From Botryllus schlosseri (taxonomy: Eukaryota), in the NCBI GenBank assembly GCA_051294905.1, contig CM119376.1:16430001-16494000 (forward strand): DNA of 64,000 nt. The letters are read 5' to 3'. A program made the position numbers and the translations under genes. Under the pieces are notes generated by a model. It saw only the letters and a program-made list of their open reading frames with translations. It made no database searches and was not told where the DNA came from. Positions 45,994 to 60,900 of this stretch are shown one piece after another. The stretch's first letter is position 1, and every line of letters starts with the position of its first letter.

Positions 45994-48900
45994 CTGTTTA
46001 AACATTGCTCGTTAACGTGGGTCATCGTACAATAAGTGTTGGTCTCAATGTAGGCAATGAAGTTATACACAGAGGTGGTCAGTAACAAAGTACTGCTACT
46101 TTTTTCCGAGTACTCAAGTAAGTTTTGCCTATACTTGCACTACTTAATCGAGCGGTTTTGGAACATTTATACTCCTACTCAACAGTTTCCACGTGTTTTA
46201 GACAAAGGTAGGCGGAAATACATACGTTTTACTTACTTGGAAATCACTATTTACTTGTACTTGTACTTGTGTAGAAACCATTTCTACTTCTACTTGAAGA
46301 GCTTCTTGGAGGTACAGAACTTCAATATACAATTGAAATGTGTATTGATATTGAACTGAACCCGAATATTTTCGACTGACACTCGTCAGGGGTAATCGTC
46401 AGTAACTAGTAGAGAATTGGGATGAACATTGTATATCAACAATTGTATCACAAAATATGACAGCACCGGCATGAAATTTCGAATATTAGGGGCACAGAGA
46501 GCGCTTAAGCTCACGGTACTATTTATAGATGGTCCACAAACTCCACCTGTATCCACAGGCGTGGTTGGCGTATTTTGATGACGGTCGACTCCAATAAGGC
46601 ACCCGAATGAAAGTCGTCCAGATAATTTTTCGCGCAAACAGGATTATCCAACAAAATGTTTGCCAATGGCAGAATTTAAGTCCGTTGACCTGTTCTTAAT
46701 CAAGCTTCAGGGGATGCGTCGACTGTGAGATTTTCACCGAGCGTGATGCACGGTGTTCCAATACATCTAGGGACAAGCCGTTTTATTCAGTCGTGAAAAC
46801 GTTGTTGCGTTTTTTCCACGTAGTCACAATCACAGTGGCACTGCTGCTACTCGAGTACTGGCTACTTTAACCATTGGTTATACGTCACATGTCAAAAATA
46901 TGATGACGTCATCATTTTGTAAAGTCCCTTCTATCTGGTTTAGTTACGACTCAATGGCATGCCCGCAGTGGTGGTCGAAGCAGTCATCTTTGGTACTCAC
47001 TTAAAAGTAAAAGTTACGTCGTAAATTTTTACTCAAGTACAAGGAGAAAAAGCGGTTTCCAAGTGAGTACCCCTAGATTTGCCTAAAAAAATTAAAAATG
47101 TGAAGTACAAATCTACATGACCACTACGAAAAAATATAAGTAGTCTTCGTTCGAAGTCGGACAGGCCTGCGAAATTACCGCGAGTCGGAAACCTTCGACA
47201 GTCGGTCGCACGTTCTATTTCGAAGGTCAAAAGTCAGACCATAGCAAATCAATGCATAATTGCATATATGTATGAGCCTCCAGATATTCGAAAAGCGAAT
47301 TCGTCATTCTCATTCAAGGTCCCAGGAGGCCACCGTTCCCACATAACGGCGGCTAAAAAAAACTACGCTACGAACGTCGCGCAACAGCTGCTTGAGCATT
47401 GCCTGATAATTTCGTGGGGGAAGAGAATCGATAGGCAGCGGTCTCATACAAGTCTCGCTTATGAAACATTTTCGAACCGTGCGCTATGCAGTAACGTAGT
47501 GTGGCACGGTTTGGATTATTGAAAAATTAAAAACGTGCGTCGGTTCAGTCGTGTGCAGAGAAATAACGATATACGAGATACGAAAGTCTAATTGCTTCAG
47601 TCTCATCAATCTTGTGAATCAATTCAGCACAAGCTATTGAACGACCGACGATAAACTAGGCTTTTGCTAATAACGAGAATGCAATCCAAAATCACGAGTT
47701 TGGTAACATGGGCGAATCCGGCACGAGTGCAAATAGCGAACTTATGAAGTGCTTTTGTAGATAATTCGGGTCCAATCACAGTGCTGGAAGCGGCCATGTC
47801 GCGGTGCGACTGTGTTGCTTATTTTGTGAAGCAAATCGATACAGGTGAAGTGGAACAAGACGAAACTACCCATAAAATCTTACAATATTGATTTTTCGTC
47901 GCTCGAGCTCAGGGAAAATGAAACATACATTTTACTTCACGGGGAAAGTAATTCGCTGCATTACTATCTGGGAAGATGTCACATAATATGCATCCCAGTT
48001 CCCGCAGACCAAGTTAGGGCCGCCGAAAAGATTAGATTAATGGCTCGATAAATCGAATGGAGACATAGAATCTATAGTCAGTTAAGACGAGGTAAGTCGT
48101 ACCGGTTTTATCATGGACGTCTCTAATCCCGTCCTCCATACTGACCAATTTCTATACCAAACTGATGTGTATGGTAATGCTCATTGATAAGTATTCAAAT
48201 TGTAATTTAATAAGTATTAAAATTTGCATATTGATCTGTAGTAGAAGAGTTTGAAATATTTATTGCGTTTATTACTGATTTGCGACACGACAAGCTATGG
48301 GCTGCACTGGCTTGCGCCGGGCTCGACCAGGGAGGAAATTTCAGCAAACGCGATTGTTATTCAAAAGTTCAGAGCCTGGCATCATTAAACAAGTCTCCTA
48401 TCGATCTAAAATACTAGTCGGCGATATAGGTGAACATCTAATGTCATTACGCCGGAATAGTTGAAATTTAATGCGTCTTAAGATAGGAAACAAGGTATGG
48501 TGCTATGAATCACCAAAAGATCATCAGAATCACTCCGACACCAAGGAAATCATAATCTAGAACAGGGGTGGCCAACCTTCTAGCCATTCTCGGCCGCATT
48601 TCTACTACCCGTGTAGCCTATACGGCCGCATTCCAGGGCATATAGTTATATTGCACTAGCTGGAGGCCAAATACCCATGTTAAAATGTCTATGTCCAATT
48701 GTCCATGTCCGGTGAGCTCTGGACTAATCTATGTAATGATATAGACTTACTATCCGCACCAAAATCGGGAGTGGTCAATGGTAATGTTACGGAACTTTAC
48801 AGTCTTCACAGTCGCGCAAAGCGCGACAATTTTTTCAGATTCACTTATGAATTTCGTGATTGATATCCGTAGTTTTACATATTACTATCAAACATTTATC

Positions 48901-51900
48901 CTTTCTCAGCCCACGTGATCAGATTCACCGTTGGAGTTGATGGAGGGGGTTGTTGCTGTTGTTTATTAAAAGAAAAATTAGGCGCTTATCACCTGTTGGT
49001 CTTTTGCACCACGGTCAAAGATGGAGGGGGTGTTTTCGAACATTTGTTGCAAGATATAAATGATGATGCATCTTAGAGTGGGCCAATTGTCATTAGTCAC
49101 TTTGTTGCAATCTGTTACTTCTTGACCTCCCGTCAGGATTGTCGGTATAGTGATGAGCGCACGATTCCGAATTGGTATTTCTATATGAGGCGCATCGTTT
49201 TCCTCTGTTGTGCATATCAGTACTGTGGGGAATGGGGATCTGATTGCTAAGAGCGCGACTGTACTAAAATCGCATTGAATCGCGCGCAGTGCGAAGAAAA
49301 TTTCAAGATTAATTAAAATCTTTCAAGAAATCGGGAGTCAATTCGTAAATTCAAACTGCATATCGACGGCCGCCAACACATACTAATTGAATTACGTGTC
49401 CACGGCAGCACAAATTTCCTTCTACGGCCGCAGGTTGGCCACCCCTAGAACCATTCGCAAGTTGACCGCGGCCGTTAATGACTCTGTCCCTGGCGCCATA
49501 ACATAAGAGACCACCGGGAGGGACCCACGGACTGTTGAAGTTTGAGAACAACAGTGACACCATATATTCTATGCTCACAGACGAAGTCTACGGATACCTA
49601 TCGCGTGACAATAAAATAATAGTGTAAATTTAATATTCTCATTATCAACATAACTTTTTCCATCGAAACGTTGTCGGGTCATTTTCTCACGCAGGCAGTC
49701 GTACACAATTGCTTTAGAGCAGGGGTCGCCAACTCAAAACGGGTCGCGGGCCACCTTTCAAACTTCGTACAGGCCGCGGGCCGCATGAATTCAATATCGA
49801 GATGAAATAGGCCACATAGATTAACAACCACGTTTTAAAAACTTTACGCCAGTACAGCGCTGTGCTCTCTAACGTGGGTGACGGGCATAGTTACCACAAT
49901 TGAAATAATATCTTGGTAAAGAAATACAAATGCAACAAAAATCTTATTTTCATCACTTTCATTCTATATTCAACTATGAGCGGCGCACGATACCCGACAA
50001 CACTTTTAGGCGGCTAAAGAATCGATATTGGGGTTAGCTAGACACGGTACTTGCTGGGAAAATATATCCTCGTAAAGCTTGATTTTGTGGGGAAGCCTCA
50101 AGTCGTTTCCTAAGCGTTGTCTGGGCCATTACACGTCAAACCAATGCCCACATTCATATCAGCTAATTCTCCCTCCATGGAGTGATATTAATATGGTTGC
50201 ATTTAAAACAAACATGTTTAAAACAAGGCCCTAATTCAAAACATTTTTCAAGCCATGACGTCACGAATATTCAATTGTAACGTCATAGTGAATTGACATT
50301 TACAATTGAAAATGTAGGGTAAATATAGCTCCTTTGACGAAATATCTGTACTATTAATGTTGAGCCGACTATTTTGAGGGTTCCAACCATCCCATATCGA
50401 TATCCGTCGGCTATAACGGGTGGTAATTTTCCGTAGGCTCATACAACATGCTTTTTGTAAAGTATTTACACAATTATGGCATAATGTTACTACTTGAAAA
50501 AAAAATGTCATTTTGGAAAAGGCCTTTGGTTAAAACACGCCGTTTGTTTTAAATGCAACCCTAGACATTGCCATAGCTGGAGCCTCATCAGAGTGAGGAA
50601 TAGTGATGTTGAGCGCAAGAGAATAGCTTATTTTGAATAGCAACAACAATATTTTAAAACTGAAATCAATTTTAGCATTTCAAAATAATTTACTTAGCGC
50701 TCTTTCGAAATCTCAAATCAGGTCGCGGGCCGCATAATATGACCTCGAGGGCCGCGTGTTGATGACCCCTGCTTTAGAGGTACATTTTTGGTTGCTTGAC
50801 TGACGAAACTGACGGGTCTTGCCCACAGCGAAGCTGTGTAGTAAAAGAAAAGGCACGCACCAAACACGCTCTAACATGTACGAATGGAGCAATGTAAATT
50901 GCTTAGGTAGCCTATTCCACGGCTTGCCATTAGTTACGGGCACACATTCGCGTACACCGCCACATGCTGAAGGTTCGCAGGCTGCCTATCACATAATCAG
51001 TCTCACGACTGTAACTTTCCCGACCAACAGCAAGTCCGTACGGAATATTGCGGGTCAGCGAACAATTTCCGCGTTGGAAGTAATACAGCACGAGTGAAAT
51101 GCGCGTCTTTATCGATCCATTTCGAATGCAGTCTTGACGCAATATTGGCATTCGATCTGACACGGTGCCTTCCTTTACTTGAACGGTCTGAACTTTAAGC
51201 AACTTACACAGAAAAGATTTTCACATCAATTTCAATTCTCGCCGGGAGCCCCCGCGGACTCAGCGGGATACCATCATATTCGCGGAAATTGAGAGAGAAA
51301 CGCCCCGTATACAATAAAACATACGAGATAAAATGCAAGTTTCCAAAATGAATGCTGCGGCGAAAATGGAAGGCCGCAAGGAGGAACCCAATTGATTTTA
51401 TGGATATTATAGGACATCTCTATTGTCTTGTGCAATGTGCATAAATATGTACTGTACAGCGTGACTCGAAGAAATTTCGATTTCAGGCTGATTAGTTTCA
51501 GCTCTCCATTTCAAAACGGCACTCAAGTTGACTTTTTTAGAATTGTACTTTCACACTTGTCACTGTGTTACGATCACGTTTCAAGTGGCGACTGTGTAAA
51601 CACGGGTAAGCGAATTGGTCTGTCGGTGTTAACGACACAATGGTTTGACTAATGATAGCGTCGGGTGCTTGATTATATCGACCGACGATAAAACATTTTA
51701 ATGATGTTTTTTACTTGACCACTGGCACCATCTCTGTAAGTAACACAAATTGCTTGTCATCATTACCCATCTTTTCGGTAAACCTAAGGAGATTAGGCCC
51801 GGTCGTAAAACAGATATCGTTGAGATGGAAACCGTGTAATGCATCGTACAAACTCAAGATGCATCTCGTACTCGCACGGTAAGCTTTGGGTCTAAAATTC

Positions 51901-54900
51901 TGACGATGACGTAATTTGACATTTACCCAAGATTTTAGCAGTTACCGAAAAAGCTGCATAGGCCTATATTCAATATTATGGACACATTTGTCCCACATTA
52001 AGCATACTGAATTAAAATTAATGTATTTCCGCGTTTGGACAGTCTACCGTCTCACAATTCACACGCACGCCAGTTTTCTTTTGGGGGACAAATCACTGGA
52101 AACATGTCGTATACCTGGACCAGTGTTGGGATCAAGTCACTACCTTCTAGTCACGAGTCATTTCGAGTGATTGCACATTTTGACTCGAGTCAAGTCAAGT
52201 CAATCGATTTTCGAAGGTGACTCGATTCAAGTCAAGTCACTCGATTTTTGGAAGTGACTCGAGTCAAGTCGAGTCAAGTCAAGTCAAGTCACGAGTCAAG
52301 TCACATTTCAAGTCAAGTTGCCTTTTCGAAGTATGAGGTATGTCACGTCATGGCATTTCGCTAGCTGTCTGAAATACAGATTGAGTGGTCATTGATTTTG
52401 AACCGATGAACGAATATCTACTTAAATATACACGCAAGAAGACGCTGTATCGCCCACATATGAGTAGAACTGCTAAGCTACGTATATATAATTGCATAGC
52501 CTCAGTTTATAATCACCAGCCAAAATAAAGAATGAGAAACGAATTGATTAGATGCAATACATTACCCATTTACAAATTGATATGATACAATTCGAGTCTG
52601 CGCCAACGGTTGAAGACGATATAAACTATATTCGAATTCAATTTCAATAAAACAAGAAGTTTGGTTAAGGTAAGAATGGAGAACAGAAATATACATTTTG
52701 CAATAAAATTACTTTACTATACTAGTCTACGACAACGTAAGCTGTAAGCTTCGATCACTTCGCTTGCGGTCAATATATTTGTGAGAGAACAATGGAGGCT
52801 CAGTAAAACGCACGATCATTGAATGATCGGTCGCTCTCACGGGTTACACCAGCGTTTCGCGAATAATCCGAACAAATGCAAGGTACAGTGATTTTCATCG
52901 AGACCGATTATACTTGATGACTTGAAATTGACTCGTGAATTTTGCTCCGAGTCACGAGTCAATCCACATTTCTGATGCGCCGAGTCAAGTCCAGTCAAGT
53001 CATTTCAGCCTAGTGACTCGAGTCAAGTCAAGTCATACGAAAAAGGTGACTCGAGTCATCCCAACACTGACCTGGACATGTGTACATGTGATATTCAGAA
53101 ACACTATCGCAAATTTCGAGGAATTTTGGTGGCATTAAGTTTTTGTATAACGTGTTTTTTCGAGGTTTTTAATCATCCAGGCAACCGACACCGCTACAGA
53201 CACATAATCCCGCGAGATGTCGCAAGGGCGCCCATCGCTTTCGAAATCAATATTTTAAAGCGGAGCGCGTGACACAAGACGTTGGTATTCGCAAACTGCT
53301 CGATCGCAAGACCGCATTGCAGCCAGCAATATACATTGGGTATCCCGGGACATCTATCACTGTGGAGCGCGGATAGACGATCTTTTTTCACTCATATGGG
53401 AGTTTAACGGACCCCGCAGATTATTTCTAATCAGCAGGTGCGGTAGTAGCAACGTCACACGTTATCTGACATATTTGAGAATCCTTACGAGCATACTCTC
53501 GTTCAGTTGTCTTAAATATTTTGAAGACCGACGAGAAGCTAATGGGACTATATTAATACCGGTATATTTACTTCTGGAGTATTTTAGCACTGCGATAATG
53601 GCATGTGGAGTTACCGCAGATCAGTAGCTTGCGCGGTATTGAATATCAACAGTATATGATCCTAATTTTTAGTGTTACGCCGCGTACTTATTTGGTGCTT
53701 ATTTCGCTTGGACGGCACATTATATTTGACGGGGGGAATCCAAATCAGTTTCAATTCATCATCCTTAATTTTGATAGCTTTGGGAGCTAAAACAATTGTT
53801 CCCAGCACAAACTATGCTTCATTCGTCGTCTTTCAGTGGAAACTGCGCCGTTGATTGCAGCGGGTCAAGATGTCTACATTGTCATTCTTCCTTCGACTCA
53901 CCTGTTTAGCTCTGTCTCCAATGATCGCGGTCAGTTCTTTCGGGACAGGAAAATCGAAGACTTTATCAATGATGGTGTTGTGTACCTTCGTTAACCCTTC
54001 ATATGCTCCTTGGATCAAGACAACTCGATCCTGAGTTCCTGAAAGACATCATTGCTTTAGTACATAATTGTAAGGAGTTAAGGTTGTTATTTCCACGTAT
54101 TTACAATATGTACTCTTGATATCACCAAGGAATTGTGACGTCGCAGCATTAGTTCGGTTGTTTTTATGTGTGTGCGGTTGTTCGTTCATTAAATGGACTA
54201 CCCTGTCTGAAAACAGTACCAGGGCGTATAGGGACCGATTGTGTATAAGCTACATTGTGGCGATCCGAACCGAGCGATACTCCGAAATGAGTGGATGTCA
54301 TTCGCCAAGGCTAATTCCACGTACTTTGGACACCACGAACAGTATGACGATGATCTTAGCATAGCAGTCCTTCGTGATTTCCAGATCGGACGCGACTAAT
54401 GACCATTAGGGCTCTTCAAAAATGACTTTTTTCTCATATGGTATTGGCTACTTGATAAAATTGTTAGGTTACCTAATTTAAGCCTACACACAAAATTTGG
54501 TTCAATTCCAGCCAGTAACCGCTTTGCTACAGGAGAAGAACGTTTCTATTTATTATATAATAAATAAATAATAAAAAAATTGAAAATTTTGCTGTTCACC
54601 CCATGAAAGTTTTAGGCTGTCTATAGAAACGATGCTCACCAAATTTGGTTCAATTCCAACCAGTGGAAGCGGAGTTATTGCCGTCGAAAAATTTTGATTT
54701 GTATAAAATAGTATTTACGGGGAGCACAGCTATAATAAATAAACAAAGAATCGGTCACCGTAAATACTATTTTATTCAAATCCAAATTTTTCGATGGCAA
54801 TAACTCCGCTTCCACTGGTTGGAATTGAACCAAATTTGGTGAGCATCGTTTCTATAGACAGCCTAACACTTTCATGGGGTTAACAGAACATTTTCAATTT

Positions 54901-57900
54901 TTTAATATTTATTTTTATATAATAAATAGAAACTTTCTTCTCCTGTAGCAAAGCGGTTACTGGCTGGAATTGAACCAAATTTTGTGTGTAGGCGTAAATT
55001 AGGTAACCTAACAATTTTATCAAGTAGCCAGTACGATTTGAGAAAAAAAGTCATTTTTGAAGAGCCCTAATGACCATATACATACACCTAGAGGACCGAC
55101 CAAAGTCCTCAGTTATATTGAGAAACTGAAATAAATATGTAATGTAAATCTGTACATCTTTCCTACTCCCATACACTCCGTAGCACAGCAGAGTTGGCCA
55201 AACTAACCCTTGAACGCAGTGAAAATGCACTGCAATCAAATAGGCACTTGATAATGCGCGAAATGCAGTATTAAAAGGAGGACCAAGTACGGGTACCACT
55301 GGCAACTCAGTTCAAAAGCGACCTCATTGTCAACGTTGTAAGCAGAGCTACGTTTGGAAATTAGGACTGAGATCTTGATACCGGGATTCTAGATTGAGTC
55401 ACGCAAATGCAGCTGTCCTCTGCTGAAGCCGAAGCGCGATCGATTTGGGCGTATTCCGCGTGACCATCGAGTGCTACACTTGATGAGCGAAAACAATAAG
55501 GATACACGAATCCCTCGCGGCGAATGACGTTTCGTCTTTCAGTTTCCTTTTGAACCATCACAGTCTGGAGTGCGACTCGGCGATTCTCGACCGGGCCACT
55601 TGGGAAAACTTTCGCTAGCTCGCGACGAAATCGAGGGCTTGGAGTAGCGGTCGAGTATTGCTCAATTTTCAGATCTTCGCGGCGCAAAGCAATAAGGTTT
55701 TGACGGTGAAAAATGTGAAGCGCAGATGCTGTACGCTATGAAAGTTACTAATCGCCTCTTCAGAAGCCTGGCTATGGTGCTTGTGTTAAAAGCTGCCACG
55801 CCTCATTGGTTTTAATGACAATTGTGATCGCGAATGTAAGAAATTATGGAGGTATGGCACCTGGCGCCAGCGTATCTCTCCAAAACCGACCGAACACGCA
55901 CACTTGGGCGTAGTGATGCCATTTCACTGCTAATCGACGCCAGCATTGCTACCGAATTCGAGTAACTGTTTATGACAGCATAATGAAAAGCGACAACGAA
56001 TGAGTTGTATGAAACCGCGCGAACCTTATAGATTTCGAAGCGCGCCAAAATCGGCTCGAATGCATGTAAATACGGCTAATGAAAATCTCGATCGATTCGC
56101 CATATACCGCCAATAGTCTACACATCATCATTCACGCTGATTGAAATAGCGTGACTATATATCGGGTAAGCAATCTCGAGAATATACGTGACCGTTGAAG
56201 ATTTCGTAACCTGCCATGACAAAAATTGATGGCGGATTTTTCGAATCGATTACTATGCGAATTTTAACTTTTTGTGTCCAAGTGTATTGACCAACATTAT
56301 TCGTATGGTTGTACATTTGTACAACACAGTTAGCAGTAGGACTGCAGCTGGTGTATAATGCGGGGGAATACTATTACAAATGACGTACGTACAATCGCAC
56401 AGATCAGCACCGATTTTGAGAGTAAAAATTGTTATATTTGCATGCTGCTTTGATGTAACTTTTCCGTGAATACAAATATTAGTAGATAGATATCGCTTCC
56501 CGTATCAAATCTCATAAAGTGTGTTCAATTCTTGCTCGGCATCGTCTAATTGGGAGTATACGAGACCATACGTTCAGAAGTATGTTAACATCCCTCAACG
56601 TGTTGTGAAACACAGCCACCATTGCTTCTAACGTACCAGCCATAAACACGCGACGGATAAGACAATATACAAGTTACACCGATGACGATGGCATTGGTGT
56701 AATAGAAAATATTATCAGTCACCTATCTTGGTCGTTGGAATGCGTTTCCAATGACAGACAAGGCTGTGTTTTTCCCATTATACATCTGTATTCTTCAGCG
56801 GAGATAAGTATGATGTTTCAACCAGGCTTTACGCTCTTTCGGTGGGAGTATGTTTAGTACCACATTTCGCTGTATGCTTAAGGCACTGCTCACTTTCTCA
56901 CCTTATGTGAGCGAAATTACTACAAGAGAATATTGTTTATTCAGCGTTCCATTGACGAAACAGCATTATAGGCCAATGCTTCCTCTAGTCACATCCATAT
57001 GAAGACGATACGTGATTACGTCAGATATTTAGGTAAACTACAAAACTCGCACCAAGTTCGTTCCGTTAAATGATGGCAAACTGCACACCGGTCCTGCTGA
57101 GTAGCAGAAAGGCGCCAGACGTCACATGACAATATGATAGGCTTATGGACATCTAGTTGGTTGCGGAAGTCGCAATAAGAAACTGTTTACGTTTACTTCA
57201 TATCGCGAGAATGATGCTATCGTTACTTTTAATCACATTTTGCGTATACGTAAAAAAGTCTTCTGTCAAAACGCCACTCGCGCGTCATGATATATTATTA
57301 AGATTCGTGCGTCTCTTCTGATACTAATATCGCAATGCACATTACCAGTATATAGTTTCTAATTGGGTCGTCTAAAGGAATCGATGTGCGGAGCGTCACT
57401 GCAAGTCTCATGCGAAATTAGCAAACTGCTTGCGTGGACTTATCGATCGTTTTTGAAGAACGGATGTATGTTCGATTGTTCGTCTCTAACTGTAGAATTG
57501 TTTCGTAACAGATTCTATAATGAACAGATTAAGAGATATAACCGTACCAGATATACAGACAATAAGTAAATTTAATGGCGATAGCATCCGTATTACCTAC
57601 TTTGATGTGTTCGGATATATTGGTATCTTTCAAAGCGAAGGCATCTTGCTGCATTATGATTGATGGGAAATCGAATTTTGCCCTGTTTTTCATTGTTCAA
57701 TCGACAATTTACACCACTATTCGAAAAGGCACGCCGCGAGAATAATATAAAGCCTCATTTCCTTTCGAAAAGGCGCGATTTTCCGCGATTACGGCGAAGG
57801 CAGAGATACGTCGGTCGCAACGTAAGTGATATTGTTCGGTGCCATAAGTCCTTACGATTTTACTTTAAAGATGACCCCCGATAAATCAGCTATTATGTGC

Positions 57901-60900
57901 TCGTGTCATTATGGTCGCGCAGTGTCCGGAGGCAAAAATGCGAAAATACTAGCTACATAATTTGAGAATATCCCACAAGTGGGATCTTAGAAAAACTATG
58001 GAAATGTAATTGGCCTCGATTTCAAACCTCGCCGCGTCAGCTATCTTTCAACCCAAACTATATCGACTTCACGGTTATTTTGCATCACACTTTAAATTTT
58101 AAGTACGAAATGAATGAGTTTTAACGCATTAAACAAATAGACACGCGCATCAGTTTCGAAATATAGAACGGGCAATGCACGTCCGGATCACGAACTTGAC
58201 ACGAAAATCCAAGTCTGGTCATCCATAGTTTTGACTTTTGGAGGGGTGCCTTGGTCACAATTGTGCTTTCACAATATATTTGACGTGACCTTACACTCCA
58301 TATTCACAACAAGCTAATTTGCGCCTGGAGATTTCCTAATTTGGATTGTAACTCAAGTGTCACCTATATTAGGTCGTCGTGATGCACATCTTTCAAAAAC
58401 GCAGGGCGACTGCTCAGTGCTTACCGCCGTCATTATACAGATGCAACTGCAGACGCTTACACAGATGGCTATTGGCTATCACGTCGGGCGTCATATTGTC
58501 ACCCATCGCCGATTCTCAGTCGTCGATTTTTAGTTTGGGCGATGCAAGCGCGTTCCAATTCGCACATTGGCACCAAAGGTATTTCGAAACATCTAATTAA
58601 TACATTAACATAGTGAAATGGGACGCTACATTATTACAAGTCGATACGGCATTGACCTCATACCGGTAGCAATCGCAGATTTTCGCAGTTATTATTCTTT
58701 GCAGCACACCATTCCTGTTGGTGACATACCTGGATAAAAATCTTTGGCCTTCGACAGTTTGATTATGGCTCCAGTCTCTTTTTGGAGTTGCACGATGATC
58801 TGACCGCCCTTTCCGATGATAGCGCCGGCCGCGTATCCCGGGACCAGGATTTTCAGGAGAAGCTGGCCAGGTGGCGGGCTGCCGACGACGCCCCCATTTT
58901 CCATACCGTCTGAAAAGATATCCACCTTATGCCACGGGAATGCGCCAAGAAGAGTTCTCATTTAGGCAATATCAAACGGCAACTCGATGCAAAATCGAAC
59001 AGAGAAAGTACAGCGAAGGTATCGTTTCCTAGAATATTTTCAACGATTCGCACAACTTCCTCATTGTTCTGGTCATATTACCTCATTCAAAGGCTCGAAA
59101 TCACTTCGCAGTGTAATATTCATCGGTATGGAAACTGAATTGCTATGCTAGTCTTACACCCGCTCATCTACACCCGCAGCCGAAGCACTCACCTTCCGAA
59201 TTTCGCGAGCAATAATATCCCGAAAGTTGGACGCTCCCATGATTATTTTCTATGTATGGCGCAGGTGCGGTTAAGTCCATGGTGATAAGATGGCGGTAGG
59301 GTGAATTAATTTAAGTGCTTGAAACGGATCTAGTGTGAGGTGTGACTGATGCTGATGATGCTATGATCGGGCATTGCCCGATGGTAATAGAATCTAAATC
59401 TTCAACAACAAGATACTTTTAGGGGAGATTTTACATAGTGGCTTCGGAAATTCATTGCTAAAGCAGCGTGACACCTATGACCTTACGCTATAATATCTAC
59501 AATTCTAACCTTTACCGAAATAAAAGCCTGTCGACTGATATCTGCGCAGTGTTCTATCACAACACCACTAAAAACTATTAGAATTATGGACAACGCCACA
59601 GAGCCAGAACTACCGTTGTTGCAATTCTTTTTACACGCCCTTGTAGCACGCTCTGACTGACTCTTATTATTTTGAGTGCTTCCTATTATAAGCCCAGGTT
59701 GACGTCGGCGATTTTAATGACTGGTACGGCAAACAGCAGATTCAATATTTTTTCTCATTCAACTATACAATTCAAATTTTCGAAAGCGCGGCGGCCTACA
59801 ACTCACGGAAACCTCGCGGTGACACCGACGATGCCATATTATGATGCGACCGCGTCAGTCCATGTCTATCTGATCAAACTATGCGTTAAGATTATGCGAA
59901 GCTGTTTGATTTTGGGCATCCCACGTAATGATATGTAAGCGACGACATGTCATTTCCCATTGATAGTCTCTGTTCTAGGTGCGTGTACCCTATACATATT
60001 TTCGGTGCGTTAGCTTATCACAAACAATGAATGCAGAATTTACAGCTTGTTTTCAGCGAGCAAATCAGTAAGCTGTTTTATGTAGTAAGCGATAAAATAT
60101 CAGAATATTTACGACTGATTTGCCCAAAGTATACGAGAATCTCATGTCGTAAAGTAGTAAAGGTTGAGTCGGTTACAGAGGACAGTAAAACTGACTGTCC
60201 AAAGGATCTAACGAAATTTCGATTCAATGACGCGTGACGATATATGTCGCATTCGCATTCATTTGTAAATGAAATATCCGAACACGAAATCGAAACGTCG
60301 GGGCGATATTCTAGGATTATGGATATACCTGATAAAAACCAACGATTATACAATTGCCATTATTCGTAATTCAATACATAACATTCCCAGCTAACAGTGA
60401 ACTTTGGCTATCAAACATGTGATCGCTATTGGCACCTTCGCGATACGCGACCATTGATATAAAGTACAAACACCGCGAAAACCTTCAGCAAACTATGATC
60501 ACCATCTATAATTGGCAATAAATCATAGCTACTGCCGACTACACACGTACCGCATACATTCTAAGAACAAATTCACATTTAGGAGCTACTGAAACGGGCA
60601 ATTTCAACAATACATATACCTGGAGTATCGCAACTAACAGGAAGTTGCTTACATCTTGAACACGGAAAGATAGGAACTTATTGAGGTCTCCTCGGCGTTC
60701 ATTTTCGAGACACAAGACGCTATCGACGGTAATAAAGGACCATCAAATTCAACACAATCTTTTCAGAAACGTCTATGACACAGCAAGGACTTCATCGACG
60801 CAGAGTGATGCGATGCAAGCCCGTCCAAGACTTTTATACATGGCCGAGTCACGTACTAACGCTGCCGCGGCGGAGAGCTAACTAGAGACAATTTACAATT

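Noticed and set aside
55361-55730. ~120-codon minus ORF with a phase-1 acceptor in Nova intron 2
   Set aside because: Inclusion would split KH1 and terminate; no homology; locally higher GC makes long ORFs likelier.
58920-58940. Ebf/COE-like site near Nova exon 2
   Set aside because: Single mismatched 10-mer; not distinguishable from background.
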